A stretch of DNA of 64,000 nucleotides, from positions 5,528-69,527 of the forward strand of contig JAKIUV010000003.1 of NCBI GenBank assembly GCA_021647375.1, given 5' to 3'. The notes beneath the pieces were generated by a model. It did no database searches. It saw nothing but the letters and a program-made list of their open reading frames with translations, and was not told where the DNA came from. Made by a program: the position numbers and the translations under genes. Of the stretch, positions 8,661 through 17,514 are shown one piece after another. The first letter of the stretch is position 1, and every line of letters starts with the position of its first letter. This DNA comes from Robiginitomaculum sp. GTDB taxonomy: Bacteria; Pseudomonadota; Alphaproteobacteria; Caulobacterales; Maricaulaceae.

Positions 8661-8747
8661 TGGTGCGGCCGAGAAGACTCGAACTTCCACGGGTGTTACC
8701 CCACAGCGACCTCAACGCTGCGCGTCTACCAATTCCGCCACGGCCGC
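8661..8747 (-). tRNA. tRNA-Leu (anticodon GAG), class II with a long variable arm
   Basis: Reverse complement: GCGGCCG-TG-GCGGAATTGGTAGACGC-G-CAGCG-TTGAGGT-CGCTG-TGGGGTAACACCCGT-GGAAGTTCGAGTCTTCT-CGGCCGC-ACCA. It shows a 7-bp acceptor stem, a T-loop TTCGAGT and an encoded CCA. Confidence 0.9.
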
Positions 8748-8873
8748 ACATTGAGGAAAGGGGGGGTTAGCAAAGTATTGGGGGAATGCAAAGGGAAATA
8801 TGTAACTACAGGGAAATATGCCGCTAGAGAGAAATATCAGCGGCGGGTTGATTTACTGATCTAAACACGCCAT

Positions 8874-9572
8874 TTGCAAAGCATGAATAAACCGCCCTCG
8901 ATTTTCTCCCCCGCCCCCGTTTCGTGGCAGAGTGCCTCTGCGCCTGTGGGTTATCTTGATGCTGTGGCAGTTATGGAGGCGTGGGTTGCGGCGATTGCGG
9001 CTGGCGATGCCCATCAGCAGGCCAAAGAACTTATATGGACGCTGGAGCACCCGGCGCTTTATTCGGCGGGGACATCGGCTGACATATCCGACCTAATTGA
9101 CCCTGACCGTTTCCCTGTGTTCAAAACCGGGCGGGGCGGGCAATATACCTATCACGGGCCGGGGCAATTGGTTGGATATTTTATGCTCGACCTTAAAACC
9201 CGTGGGCGAGATGTGCGCGCATATGTGGCCGGGTTGGAACAGCTTGTCATTGATACTTTGGCGGATTTTGGGGTGGCGGCGGATCGTCGTGCAGGGCGTG
9301 TCGGAGTTTGGGTGGATATGCCCGATAAAAGCGAAGCCAAGATTGCCGCCGTAGGTGTGCGCATCCGCAAATGGGTTAGCTATCACGGCATTTCTATCAA
9401 TATAAACCCCGACCTGTCCCACTTCGACGGCATCGTGCCGTGCGGAATTAGTGAGCACGGCGTCACTAGTCTACACGCGCTTGGTATCGAAGCGAGCCGC
9501 GCCGACGTAGAAGCGGTGCTCAAGAATAATTCCGAGAAAATTTTCGGGCCTATTGGTGCGCCTAACCCCTAA
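8874..9572 (+). CDS. lipB: octanoyltransferase (lipoyl(octanoyl) transferase)
   Basis: Motifs [55 protein letters not shown]. Confidence 0.9.
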   Translation: MQSMNKPPSIFSPAPVSWQSASAPVGYLDAVAVMEAWVAAIAAGDAHQQAKELIWTLEHPALYSAGTSADISDLIDPDRFPVFKTGRGGQYTYHGPGQLVGYFMLDLKTRGRDVRAYVAGLEQLVIDTLADFGVAADRRAGRVGVWVDMPDKSEAKIAAVGVRIRKWVSYHGISININPDLSHFDGIVPCGISEHGVTSLHALGIEASRADVEAVLKNNSEKIFGPIGAPNP

Positions 9573-10084
9573 TCAAATGTGCTATAGTCGGCGCCGGGGC
9601 CGTATTGGTTATCGTTTTCGTCTATGGGTATGGTTTTATCACCAATGAACATTGTGGCCAAGCTGGTGAGTATGCCAGAGATAGCGGCGGGCAGGGTTAT
9701 GCTTTGCGCCCAACCTTGCATTTGGGCCTCTAGCTCTGCTTCGCTCAGGTCGCCCTCAATCGATTCCATCATCATTTCCATGAAATTACCATCACCGAAA
9801 TATATCATGACAATGAGAATTCCGATTGTTCCTAGTATTAAATACAGCAATAAATATACCAAAAACATCCAGCCGCTTTTACCGCCTTCGTGCAGGCGCT
9901 TTATCCAAATAACCACCCAAGGATAGAGCAGTAAATATGCCAATAGCCCGGTTACTTTGCCAATCTCAGGGCTGACCAAATTGACCATGCTGAGGGCAGT
10001 CATGATCAGGATAAGGATAAACCCACCCCGGTAAAATTCGGCGGAGCTAATCCGGCCTTCTGGTGAAAATAGTAAATTGCCCAT
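9569..10084 (-). CDS. DUF805-family inner-membrane protein (paralog 1)
   Basis: N-terminal [16 protein letters not shown] and [15 protein letters not shown] signatures; multiple TM helices; Met/acidic tail. Confidence 0.75.
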   Translation of the reverse strand: MGNLLFSPEGRISSAEFYRGGFILILIMTALSMVNLVSPEIGKVTGLLAYLLLYPWVVIWIKRLHEGGKSGWMFLVYLLLYLILGTIGILIVMIYFGDGNFMEMMMESIEGDLSEAELEAQMQGWAQSITLPAAISGILTSLATMFIGDKTIPIDENDNQYGPGADYSTFD

Positions 10085-10177
10085 AATTGCCTCGCTTGTG
10101 TTTTGTGGTCATGTCACGCAAAACCCGCTCCGAACATAATCCGAAGCGGGCTTAATATTACGTCAGTAGACTAAAGT

Positions 10178-10666
10178 CTAGTCTGTGCTTTTAATCAACA
10201 TATTGCCGACATAAGCAATAGCGTAACTGACAATCGCGCCACCAATAGCGCTTGGTATTGCCGTTTTCTTGGCCGCCGCTTCGCCCATTTGACCCATCAT
10301 TTTAAACATGGCACCAAGGTCTCCAGCTTCGCCGGCATTTTCCATGGCATCGGCCATTTCATTAGCCATATCACCTGCAAACATAGAGCTGATAACGGAA
10401 CTAACAATCATACTGGCAACAATGAACACAAGAATAGGCACCAAACTCATCCAGCCGGATTTGCCGCCGTCTCTAAAGCGCTTGATCCACAAGACAACCC
10501 AGCACCAAATCATGACGAGTCCTAATATACCCAATATTGAGCCAAGCTTATAACTGATCATTGGCAGTATTGCCAAAAACGCGGCAATGGCGATCAGAAT
10601 AATCGCGCCGCGCATAAATTCGGACGAACCAATACGCCCGTTCGGTGAAAATAGTAAATTTCCCAT
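10178..10666 (-). CDS. DUF805-family inner-membrane protein (paralog 2)
   Basis: LFSPNGRIGSSEFMRG and IKRFRDGGKSGWMSL; same architecture as paralog 1. Confidence 0.75.
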   Translation of the reverse strand: MGNLLFSPNGRIGSSEFMRGAIILIAIAAFLAILPMISYKLGSILGILGLVMIWCWVVLWIKRFRDGGKSGWMSLVPILVFIVASMIVSSVISSMFAGDMANEMADAMENAGEAGDLGAMFKMMGQMGEAAAKKTAIPSAIGGAIVSYAIAYVGNMLIKSTD

Positions 10667-10735
10667 AGTTTCCTCCCATTAAAGTTATGGTGCATAAAAG
10701 CGCTAAATAAGTGATTCTGCAAGCAAAAACTAGAT

Positions 10736-11278
10736 TTACTTGTTCCCCGCAGGGGGAGCGCCGTAGCGGTTATCGCCCTTTTGGCCGGGTGTTGTCGCGA
10801 GCCAGATGGTAAATGCGAGGGGTGTAATCGCTAGCACCGCACTGATTTTCGGCATATTGGCTTTCATATTTTGCTGATAGGCTTCTTCGAGAGGTTGGAC
10901 AGCGGCGCGCATGGCCTCCGTGTCTTGTTGTAAAATTGGGTCGTTCATCAGATCTGCGACGGATTCAAAATATTGCAACATGCCAAATTTCAAACCAACA
11001 ATCATCATGGCCATGAACAACAGGGCAAACATGCCAAATAGCGGCCAGGTCGTCCGCCCCAAATCGTGCAAACGTTTGCCGCTAAGGCAAAATACAATGT
11101 GCAAATTAAGAAAGAAAAACACCATGGGTATAAAAAATGCGGTAAGGCCTGTGCCTAAAATTGGATAGATAGCGTGTTGCGCGATATATAATGCTGTTAA
11201 TACAAAAACGCCAATGATGAACGGCAGGCGGTTAATACGCCCGACAGGCGACAAAAGCAACTTTCTAAAATTTTTCAT
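10736..11278 (-). CDS. DUF805-family inner-membrane protein (paralog 3; start taken at MKNFRKLL)
   Basis: LLSPVGRINRLPF and GKRLHDLGRTTWPLF; internal ATG of ORF 10736..11353. Confidence 0.65.
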   Translation of the reverse strand: MKNFRKLLLSPVGRINRLPFIIGVFVLTALYIAQHAIYPILGTGLTAFFIPMVFFFLNLHIVFCLSGKRLHDLGRTTWPLFGMFALLFMAMMIVGLKFGMLQYFESVADLMNDPILQQDTEAMRAAVQPLEEAYQQNMKANMPKISAVLAITPLAFTIWLATTPGQKGDNRYGAPPAGNK

Positions 11279-11429
11279 AAAGACGGATTTAAGTCCGCAG
11301 AATAAATATGCAAGCCTTAACCGCGTGTTCAAGACTATTATGTAGATTAGCAAGGTGAAACTATTTTGATGTTGCGCTTTTGTTTCATTTAATATACATC
11401 TTATGCGTGTGCTGATTGTTTGGAGAAAG

Positions 11430-12641
11430 ATGAAAACTATTTTCTATATAGTTGTTGCTGTGGGCTTCATGGCGCTCGGCGCTTGCGAACGCACGGAAAT
11501 GGCTATGGTTGAAGAAACCCCGCCTGATGTCACGCCTGCAATCACTGGGAAAATACGGCAGAACGCCAATACTATTCCGGTAATTAAGATAGAAGCAGGG
11601 GGGGTAGCGCAGCAAGAGCCAACAATTACACCCATGATAATGCCTGCCCACAAACAACAGAAAACCGTAAAAAAATCCAAGATCACCCGACCGAATAAAT
11701 CCGTGCGCTCTACCCCGTTCAAAGTCCGGCGATGCATGAATATGGGCAATGCCCTAGAGGCTCCCAATGAGGGCGATTGGGGCTACCGGATTACGGCGCA
11801 AGATTTACGCACGGTTGCCGCCGCAGGCTTTGATACGGTGCGCATTCCCATTCGCTGGGACGCCCATACCGCCCACCGCGCCCCCTATACTATTGATGCA
11901 TCATTTATGGCGCGGATAAAGACGGTTGTTCGTGATGCGCAAGCAACGGGGCTGGGCGTGATTATTAACGTGCATCACTACGAAGATTTAATGGCGCACC
12001 CAAAGCGCGAGCAAAAACGTTTTCTGGCCATATGGGATCAGATAGCCCGCACTTTTTCCGGTGCGCCCGACACCGTCTATTTCGAGGTCTTGAACGAGCC
12101 GACACGGCAATTGAGCAATGCGCAAGTTAATGCGCTCTATGCCAAAGTCCTGCCGATCATCCGCGCAACCAACCCGGCGCGCAAGGTGATACTTGGCGGC
12201 AACTCGTGGAACAGTATCGACAGCCTCGCCGAAGTCCGCTGGCCGCTGCATAATGGCAAGAGAGATGCAAACCTCGTCGCAACATTCCACGATTACGGCC
12301 CGCACGCATTCACCCACCAAGGCGCAGAATGGTCCGAACCTGTCATGCCTATGGGGCGGCGTTGGGGCGGCCAAGCAGATATGTCCGAGCTGCGCGACAC
12401 CTATAAATTGGCACGAGAATTCAAAGCCAAAACCGACCTGCCAATCTTCGTCGGCGAGTTTGGTGTTATCGATAAAGTCCCGCTGGCTCAGCGCAATCAA
12501 TGGATAAAAACCAGACGCAAAGCCATGGAACAAGCCGGATACGCCTGGTGCGCATGGGATTTTTCGGGCGCATTCAAATCCTACGATACGCAAGCGGGCA
12601 AATGGCTCCCCGGTACCAAGGACGCACTGTTCGGGCGCTAA
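11430..12641 (+). CDS. glycoside hydrolase family 5 endoglucanase-like lipoprotein
   Basis: Lipobox MALGAC. GH5 motifs: VRIPIRW, NVHHYE, FEVLNEP (acid/base Glu), VGEFG (nucleophile Glu). Confidence 0.8.
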   Translation: MKTIFYIVVAVGFMALGACERTEMAMVEETPPDVTPAITGKIRQNANTIPVIKIEAGGVAQQEPTITPMIMPAHKQQKTVKKSKITRPNKSVRSTPFKVRRCMNMGNALEAPNEGDWGYRITAQDLRTVAAAGFDTVRIPIRWDAHTAHRAPYTIDASFMARIKTVVRDAQATGLGVIINVHHYEDLMAHPKREQKRFLAIWDQIARTFSGAPDTVYFEVLNEPTRQLSNAQVNALYAKVLPIIRATNPARKVILGGNSWNSIDSLAEVRWPLHNGKRDANLVATFHDYGPHAFTHQGAEWSEPVMPMGRRWGGQADMSELRDTYKLAREFKAKTDLPIFVGEFGVIDKVPLAQRNQWIKTRRKAMEQAGYAWCAWDFSGAFKSYDTQAGKWLPGTKDALFGR

Positions 12642-12658
12642 GATTTGTCAAGAAAATC

Positions 12659-13627
12659 CTAAGCCGCGTTGACATAGGGCATTAAGCTTTCATGGATCTC
12701 CGGGCTTTCTTCGCGGAGGAATTTTAGTAGGGCTTTTTCATTTGCATCCAAACTACTATTGCGGTTTAGCCGCTCGACCAGCCAATAGGCTTCACTTTGT
12801 GTGACCCGCTCAGCATCTGCGATGCCCGCTTTATTGGTGTGGCTATATTCGTATTCAGGGTTACTGAACAATGATTTCACCGCATCACCAAAGCCTTTAA
12901 AACTCGGGACAACAAAGCCTTGGCCTTTCTGCTCCAACCATCTTTCGCGGCGCAGGGTTTCGGCCATATCCGGTTCTTCCCATGCCGCCAGCATCATCAA
13001 ATGATTGGCAATAGCGCCGACGAACAGCCGTTGCCAACTGTCTGAATTATCTGCATCTACCACTGCATCATTTATGTCGAATAAAGCTTCGGCTTCGGCC
13101 TTAGAAATCCCGACACCGCCCTCGGAACTACACGCGTAAAGTACGCGGCGCAAAATATCGACCTCAGCTTCGCCGATAACACCCGGCTGCAACTGACGGC
13201 CTTGAGCCAGAAAGCCGCGCCCTTCAAGCACAGCAATTTTGACTTGATTAAGAGCATATATCTCAAGCTCGTCCGTGACATTGTTGGCGATTTTCATCAC
13301 ATACATCAACAGTTCCAATTCAGTACGGGTTTCCACAACGCCGTCATGGTCAATGCGCGCCATCAACCACGCCGCATTGGCTTGATTGATATAACCGTGA
13401 GGCATGGTTTGGCGGACGAGGAAATGGGTGATTCCTTCCAAGAACAAATCAAACCATGTGTCCGGTTTTCCTGGCAAGTGATTGATCTGAAATAGCATGT
13501 CGGCCTCTTGTACCGTTATGTGGCCATCTTCGAAAACCGTCCGGCGCACATTTAGTACATCGCCGTCATCTAGGTGGCTCGCGGCCAATATTTTTTCCAA
13601 TAATTCACGTAATATAGGTTTAGGCAT
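12659..13627 (-). CDS. conserved hypothetical protein with repeated TerB-like helical modules
   Basis: 322 aa with recurring I/V-T/S-x-x-E-A-x-x-L segments (ITVQEADMLF, ISKAEAEALF, VTQSEAYWLV). No catalytic motif seen. Confidence 0.5.
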   Translation of the reverse strand: MPKPILRELLEKILAASHLDDGDVLNVRRTVFEDGHITVQEADMLFQINHLPGKPDTWFDLFLEGITHFLVRQTMPHGYINQANAAWLMARIDHDGVVETRTELELLMYVMKIANNVTDELEIYALNQVKIAVLEGRGFLAQGRQLQPGVIGEAEVDILRRVLYACSSEGGVGISKAEAEALFDINDAVVDADNSDSWQRLFVGAIANHLMMLAAWEEPDMAETLRRERWLEQKGQGFVVPSFKGFGDAVKSLFSNPEYEYSHTNKAGIADAERVTQSEAYWLVERLNRNSSLDANEKALLKFLREESPEIHESLMPYVNAA

Positions 13628-13745
13628 GTGTATCCCTCTTAAATATGAACAAGGAAGTTAGCAAATAATGCTTACAAATCCGCTAACGCCTTATATATTT
13701 TTGCTTAACTGTTTATTCGCGTGAAGTTTAGGGGTATGTGGCCAT

Positions 13746-15527
13746 ATGTCCGCACCAAAACCCCTTACCGCTACCCCGCCCGCTCTGCTTTCATGGTCAG
13801 AGAATGGGGAGCCTGTGGCGGAAAATTTTGATGATGTTTATTTTTCGGTCGACGGCGGCCTGGCGGAGACCAAGGCCGTGTTCTTGCAAGGTTGCGGCTT
13901 GCCGGATGCCTGGCAAGGGGCGCGTGTATTTGTTATTGGCGAGCATGGGTTTGGCTCCGGTCTGAATTTTCTCGCCGCATGGGCATTATGGTTAGAAACT
14001 GCCAAGTCGGGGCAGCGCTTGCACTTTCTATCAGTCGAAGCCTTCCCGCTTTGCATAGAACAATTGCGACGGGCGTTAGATAAATTCCCAACACTTAAGC
14101 CACTAGCAGACCAGCTTATCGCCAAATGGCCCGACCGGGTAAAGGGCGTCCACAGACTGCATTTCGGGGCGGTGGTTTTGACCCTGTTCTACACGGACAT
14201 AGACCACGCACTGGTAGATATGGACGCACGCATAAATGCCTGGTTTTTGGACGGGTTTTCCCCGGCCAAAAACCCTAATATGTGGTCGGATAAAGTCTTT
14301 GTACAGATGGCAAAATTATCAGCACCACTGGCTCGTGTGGCTAGTTTCACTGTGGCGGGTCATGTAAGACGCGGATTGGCTGCGGCGGGTTTTACCGTAG
14401 AGAAAAAGCCCGGATTTGGCCGCAAGCGCGAACGACTGGAAGCGGTTTTTGCGGGGGGACTTAGGCCCAAACAAACCACAGCTATATCAAACACGCCCGT
14501 TATTATCGGCGGCGGAATTGCGGGTGCAAGTCTTGTCCATGCCTTTAATTTACGCGGCATTACGCCAACCCTCATAGAACCCCATAGCGACCTTAAAACT
14601 GCGGCCAGCGGTAATCCGGCGGGGCTTGTTATGCCGAAACTGGACTTGCAAGACAGGCCGGAATCCCGGTTTTATAATGCGGCTTATTTGTATGCGCTCA
14701 GTATATACCGCCAATACGGTACGGTGTTGCGCGAGGGCGTTTTGCACATGGCCACATCTGAAAAAGAAGCCGAGCGATTTGCCAAAATTGCGGCCTATCA
14801 AGCGCTTCCTGAACATGAAATGCGGGCGGTCACACGAGGCGAAGCTGAGAGCATGCTCGGCCATAAGATCACCACACAATATGGCGGTCTATATTTCCCG
14901 TCCGCCCTAACAATTTCGCCCCTAGCCAGCACTCAAAATTTAAGCAAAAACTGCACCCATATCCAAGCCCGAACGGCGCACTTAAAATGCCAAGACGGGG
15001 TTTGGCAAGTCTTGGACGGGGCGGGGGAGATACTGGCAAAAACCGATGCTTTATTCGTTTGCAATGGTGCCAATATTCAAGACCTTTGGTCTGCTGATGT
15101 GCGCTTTACGCGCGGTCAGATTTGCTGGGGCGACAGCGCCCAATCCGGCAAAGCTTTGATTGCTGGTAACTACGCGGCACCGTATGAAAATGGTATGCTT
15201 CTGGGTGCCACCCATGACCATGTTGGGGCGGGAGAAAATACAAAAACCAATGCTGCGGACACCGCAGAAATAATCGCGCAATACGCGGCTAATACCGGGC
15301 AAAAGATCGACAATAAAAACTGGCAAGCCCGCGCCGCCGTGCGGGTGACAACCCGCAATACCTTGCCTATCGCAGGGCAAGCGGAAAACGACTTGTTTGT
15401 CCTCAGCGGACTTGGGTCGCGCGGGCTGATGATGGCACCACTTCTGGGCGAAGCTTTAGTGTGCAAAGCCCTCGGTGAACCATCTCCACTGGACATAAAG
15501 ACGCAGATGCGGTTTGGGTTAAGTTAA
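13746..15527 (+). CDS. mnmC: bifunctional tRNA (mnm5s2U34) methyltransferase / FAD-dependent cmnm5s2U34 oxidoreductase
   Basis: N-terminal DDVYFSVDGGLAETKAVFL and DGFSPAKNPNMWS. C-terminal dinucleotide fold VIIGGGIAGASL. 593 aa. Confidence 0.85.
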   Translation: MSAPKPLTATPPALLSWSENGEPVAENFDDVYFSVDGGLAETKAVFLQGCGLPDAWQGARVFVIGEHGFGSGLNFLAAWALWLETAKSGQRLHFLSVEAFPLCIEQLRRALDKFPTLKPLADQLIAKWPDRVKGVHRLHFGAVVLTLFYTDIDHALVDMDARINAWFLDGFSPAKNPNMWSDKVFVQMAKLSAPLARVASFTVAGHVRRGLAAAGFTVEKKPGFGRKRERLEAVFAGGLRPKQTTAISNTPVIIGGGIAGASLVHAFNLRGITPTLIEPHSDLKTAASGNPAGLVMPKLDLQDRPESRFYNAAYLYALSIYRQYGTVLREGVLHMATSEKEAERFAKIAAYQALPEHEMRAVTRGEAESMLGHKITTQYGGLYFPSALTISPLASTQNLSKNCTHIQARTAHLKCQDGVWQVLDGAGEILAKTDALFVCNGANIQDLWSADVRFTRGQICWGDSAQSGKALIAGNYAAPYENGMLLGATHDHVGAGENTKTNAADTAEIIAQYAANTGQKIDNKNWQARAAVRVTTRNTLPIAGQAENDLFVLSGLGSRGLMMAPLLGEALVCKALGEPSPLDIKTQMRFGLS

Positions 15528-15585
15528 GGCTTGAGACATTCCGCCCATGAGTTAGGTTAGCGCAAATTTTAAACACGAGGATATT

Positions 15586-16371
15586 ATGAAACTTGAAGCA
15601 GGTATTTCAGCAGTTATTACGGGCGGCGCATCGGGGCTAGGTGAAGGCACAGCGCGGCTCATGGCCGCCAAGGGTGTCAAGGTCGGTATATTTGATATGA
15701 ACGAGGAGCGCGGCGAGAAAATTGCCAAAGAGTTGGGCGGCGTCTTCGCCTTGGTTGATGTCTCGGACGAGGCCAGCGTTGATGCGGGCTTTGAGAAAGT
15801 CCGCGCCGCCAACGGCCAAGAACGCATTATGGTCAATTGTGCGGGTATTGCGGGCGGCATGAAGACCGCTTCAAGGGATAGAAAGACCGGGGACATCCGC
15901 GCCCATTCTGCCGGGTTCTTTTCCAAGGTCATCGCGGTCAACCTCATCGGCACATTTATGTGTACCTCTAAATCTGCGGCGGGCATGATGGCATTGGACG
16001 GGGTTGAGCCGGACGGCGAACGCGGCGTCATTATCAACACCGCATCGGTCGCCGCGCAAGACGGGCAAATCGGCCAAGTTGCCTATGCCGCATCCAAGGG
16101 CGGCATCCTCTCTATGGCGCTCCCGGTCGCTCGCGACCTAGCCCGCGAAGGCATTCGCTGTAATACAATCCTGCCGGGTTTTTTCGAAACACCAATTTAT
16201 GAGCAAATGAAACCAGAGGTCAAAGACGCCCTGCGCGCCTATGTACAATTCCCGGCAAGGTTCGGCACCACTGAAGAATACGCGCAACTGGTCGCCACTA
16301 TGGTCGAGCAAGTCTACATCAACGGAGAATATATCCGCGCCGACGCGGGCGCAAGAATGCCGCCGAGATAG
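15586..16371 (+). CDS. short-chain dehydrogenase/reductase (3-hydroxyacyl-CoA dehydrogenase type-2-like)
   Basis: TGGASGLG cofactor motif, NCAG, catalytic YAASKGG. Confidence 0.85.
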   Translation: MKLEAGISAVITGGASGLGEGTARLMAAKGVKVGIFDMNEERGEKIAKELGGVFALVDVSDEASVDAGFEKVRAANGQERIMVNCAGIAGGMKTASRDRKTGDIRAHSAGFFSKVIAVNLIGTFMCTSKSAAGMMALDGVEPDGERGVIINTASVAAQDGQIGQVAYAASKGGILSMALPVARDLAREGIRCNTILPGFFETPIYEQMKPEVKDALRAYVQFPARFGTTEEYAQLVATMVEQVYINGEYIRADAGARMPPR

Positions 16372-16386
16372 GTACTTTTTACTCTT

Positions 16387-16580
16387 CCTCCTCACCCTGC
16401 CTGCGGGGGAGGTGCCCCCTCTTGGGGCGGAGGGGGAAACATCTAGCGGCTAACTCGCACCCTGGTTATTCCCGATTTTTAGGCTTGCGTGGTTTCTTTT
16501 ACTCCGGCGTTTGCGGAAGCATGCTTCCCCCTCCGCCTACGCTACGCTTCGGCACCTCCCCCATAAATGGGGTGAGGATG
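16387..16580. repeat. composite palindromic intergenic repeat, family A, copy 1
   Basis: Two inverted ~55-nt arms (CCTCACCC-N7-GGGGGAGGTG-N11-16-GGCGGAGGGGGAA) flank an ~80-nt spacer. Lies between convergent genes. Confidence 0.8.
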
Positions 16581-16625
16581 AAAACAGTTACACCGCGAAA
16601 CCCTATTTTAGGTGGACGGCGGAAT

Positions 16626-17420
16626 TCACTGTTGGTCTCCTCCTGAATTGGCAGACAGTTCGGATACAAGACGGCTTTCTTCACATTTAAAAGCAATGAT
16701 GTCGTCACTGGTTTTTCCTGCAATCAACCAATCATTGCCTGTTATAGGGCATTTCCGTTGCGCATCTTCTTTTGTTGGAATATCTCTATAATTGAACAAG
16801 AAATAATATGTAGGCACACCTGTGAGTTTTTCTACCAAACCGCATATTTCTCTGCCGGCTGTGTTGATTTTTGAGTACGGGTTTTGCAACTCACCCTCTG
16901 CAAAACCTTCATACACAGAGTTAATCCATAAGCCGTGAATGCGTTCATAGTCCTTTTGCCAAAATACGATATTGTCATAATCATCGCCGCCGTGGTCTGT
17001 TGGCGGAATTTTGTATAAGGGGATGGGTGTGTGCGTATCCCCACAAACAAGCGGTGATGACCAGCCAGAGCGCACTATATAAAAGCTTGGTTTTTCTGGT
17101 ATATCTTTGTGCGTATTATCAGCATCCACACCTGTTTGCACATGCTCAATGATACAACCATTTTTCTCAATATTGCTCATTATTTTCAAAGTATAAGGGC
17201 TACAATATTTCGAAGAAAGCGAGTTTAACTCAGGGCAAAATACGGGTATCCTTATCGTGTCACCCCGAAGAACAATCATATGTTCTCGCTGTGACACCTG
17301 GCCTGTGCGTTCTAAAAAATGAACATATGAGCTACAATCATCAACCCAATTTTTATATTTAGGGTTAGTGTTTTTGATAATAATATCGAATGCGTACATG
17401 GTTGATAGCGCCTTCAGCAA
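16626..17420 (-). CDS. DUF2310-like Zn-ribbon-containing protein (AT-rich orphan; the start may be 17399)
   Basis: 264 aa. Family assignment is from memory of DUF2310-type proteins (PLYKIP..., WQKDYERIHGLW, TGVPTYYFL, C-terminal CPITG...FKCE). Visibly lower GC than its neighbours. Confidence 0.5.
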   Translation of the reverse strand: MLKALSTMYAFDIIIKNTNPKYKNWVDDCSSYVHFLERTGQVSQREHMIVLRGDTIRIPVFCPELNSLSSKYCSPYTLKIMSNIEKNGCIIEHVQTGVDADNTHKDIPEKPSFYIVRSGWSSPLVCGDTHTPIPLYKIPPTDHGGDDYDNIVFWQKDYERIHGLWINSVYEGFAEGELQNPYSKINTAGREICGLVEKLTGVPTYYFLFNYRDIPTKEDAQRKCPITGNDWLIAGKTSDDIIAFKCEESRLVSELSANSGGDQQ

Positions 17421-17514
17421 TTTAGCAATTGAACTACAGACAGTAATTGCAACGCTTATGCTTTGTCAATCTCTGGGCTAGGGAGTAGGGGCTGTGTGGC
17501 TTGGGTGACGCCAA

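Noticed and set aside
8637-8864. 75-aa plus-strand ORF overlapping tRNA-Leu
   Set aside because: It is antisense to a well-formed tRNA, and the tRNA explains the sequence.
11385-11657. A 90-aa minus-strand ORF upstream of and overlapping the GH5 gene start, and the long start (11403) for GH5
   Set aside because: The minus-strand ORF has junk composition. The GH5 start is better placed at 11430, where a lipoprotein signal (MKTIFYIVVAVGFMALGAC) begins.
16241-16723. ORFs 16241..16453, 16422..16646 and 16499..16723, which cross the family A repeat
   Set aside because: They are translations of the palindromic arms (Pro/Gly/Glu/Leu-rich, e.g. LTLPAGEVPPLGAEGE). They overlap each other on both strands and have no SD. 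They are repeat artefacts, not genes.
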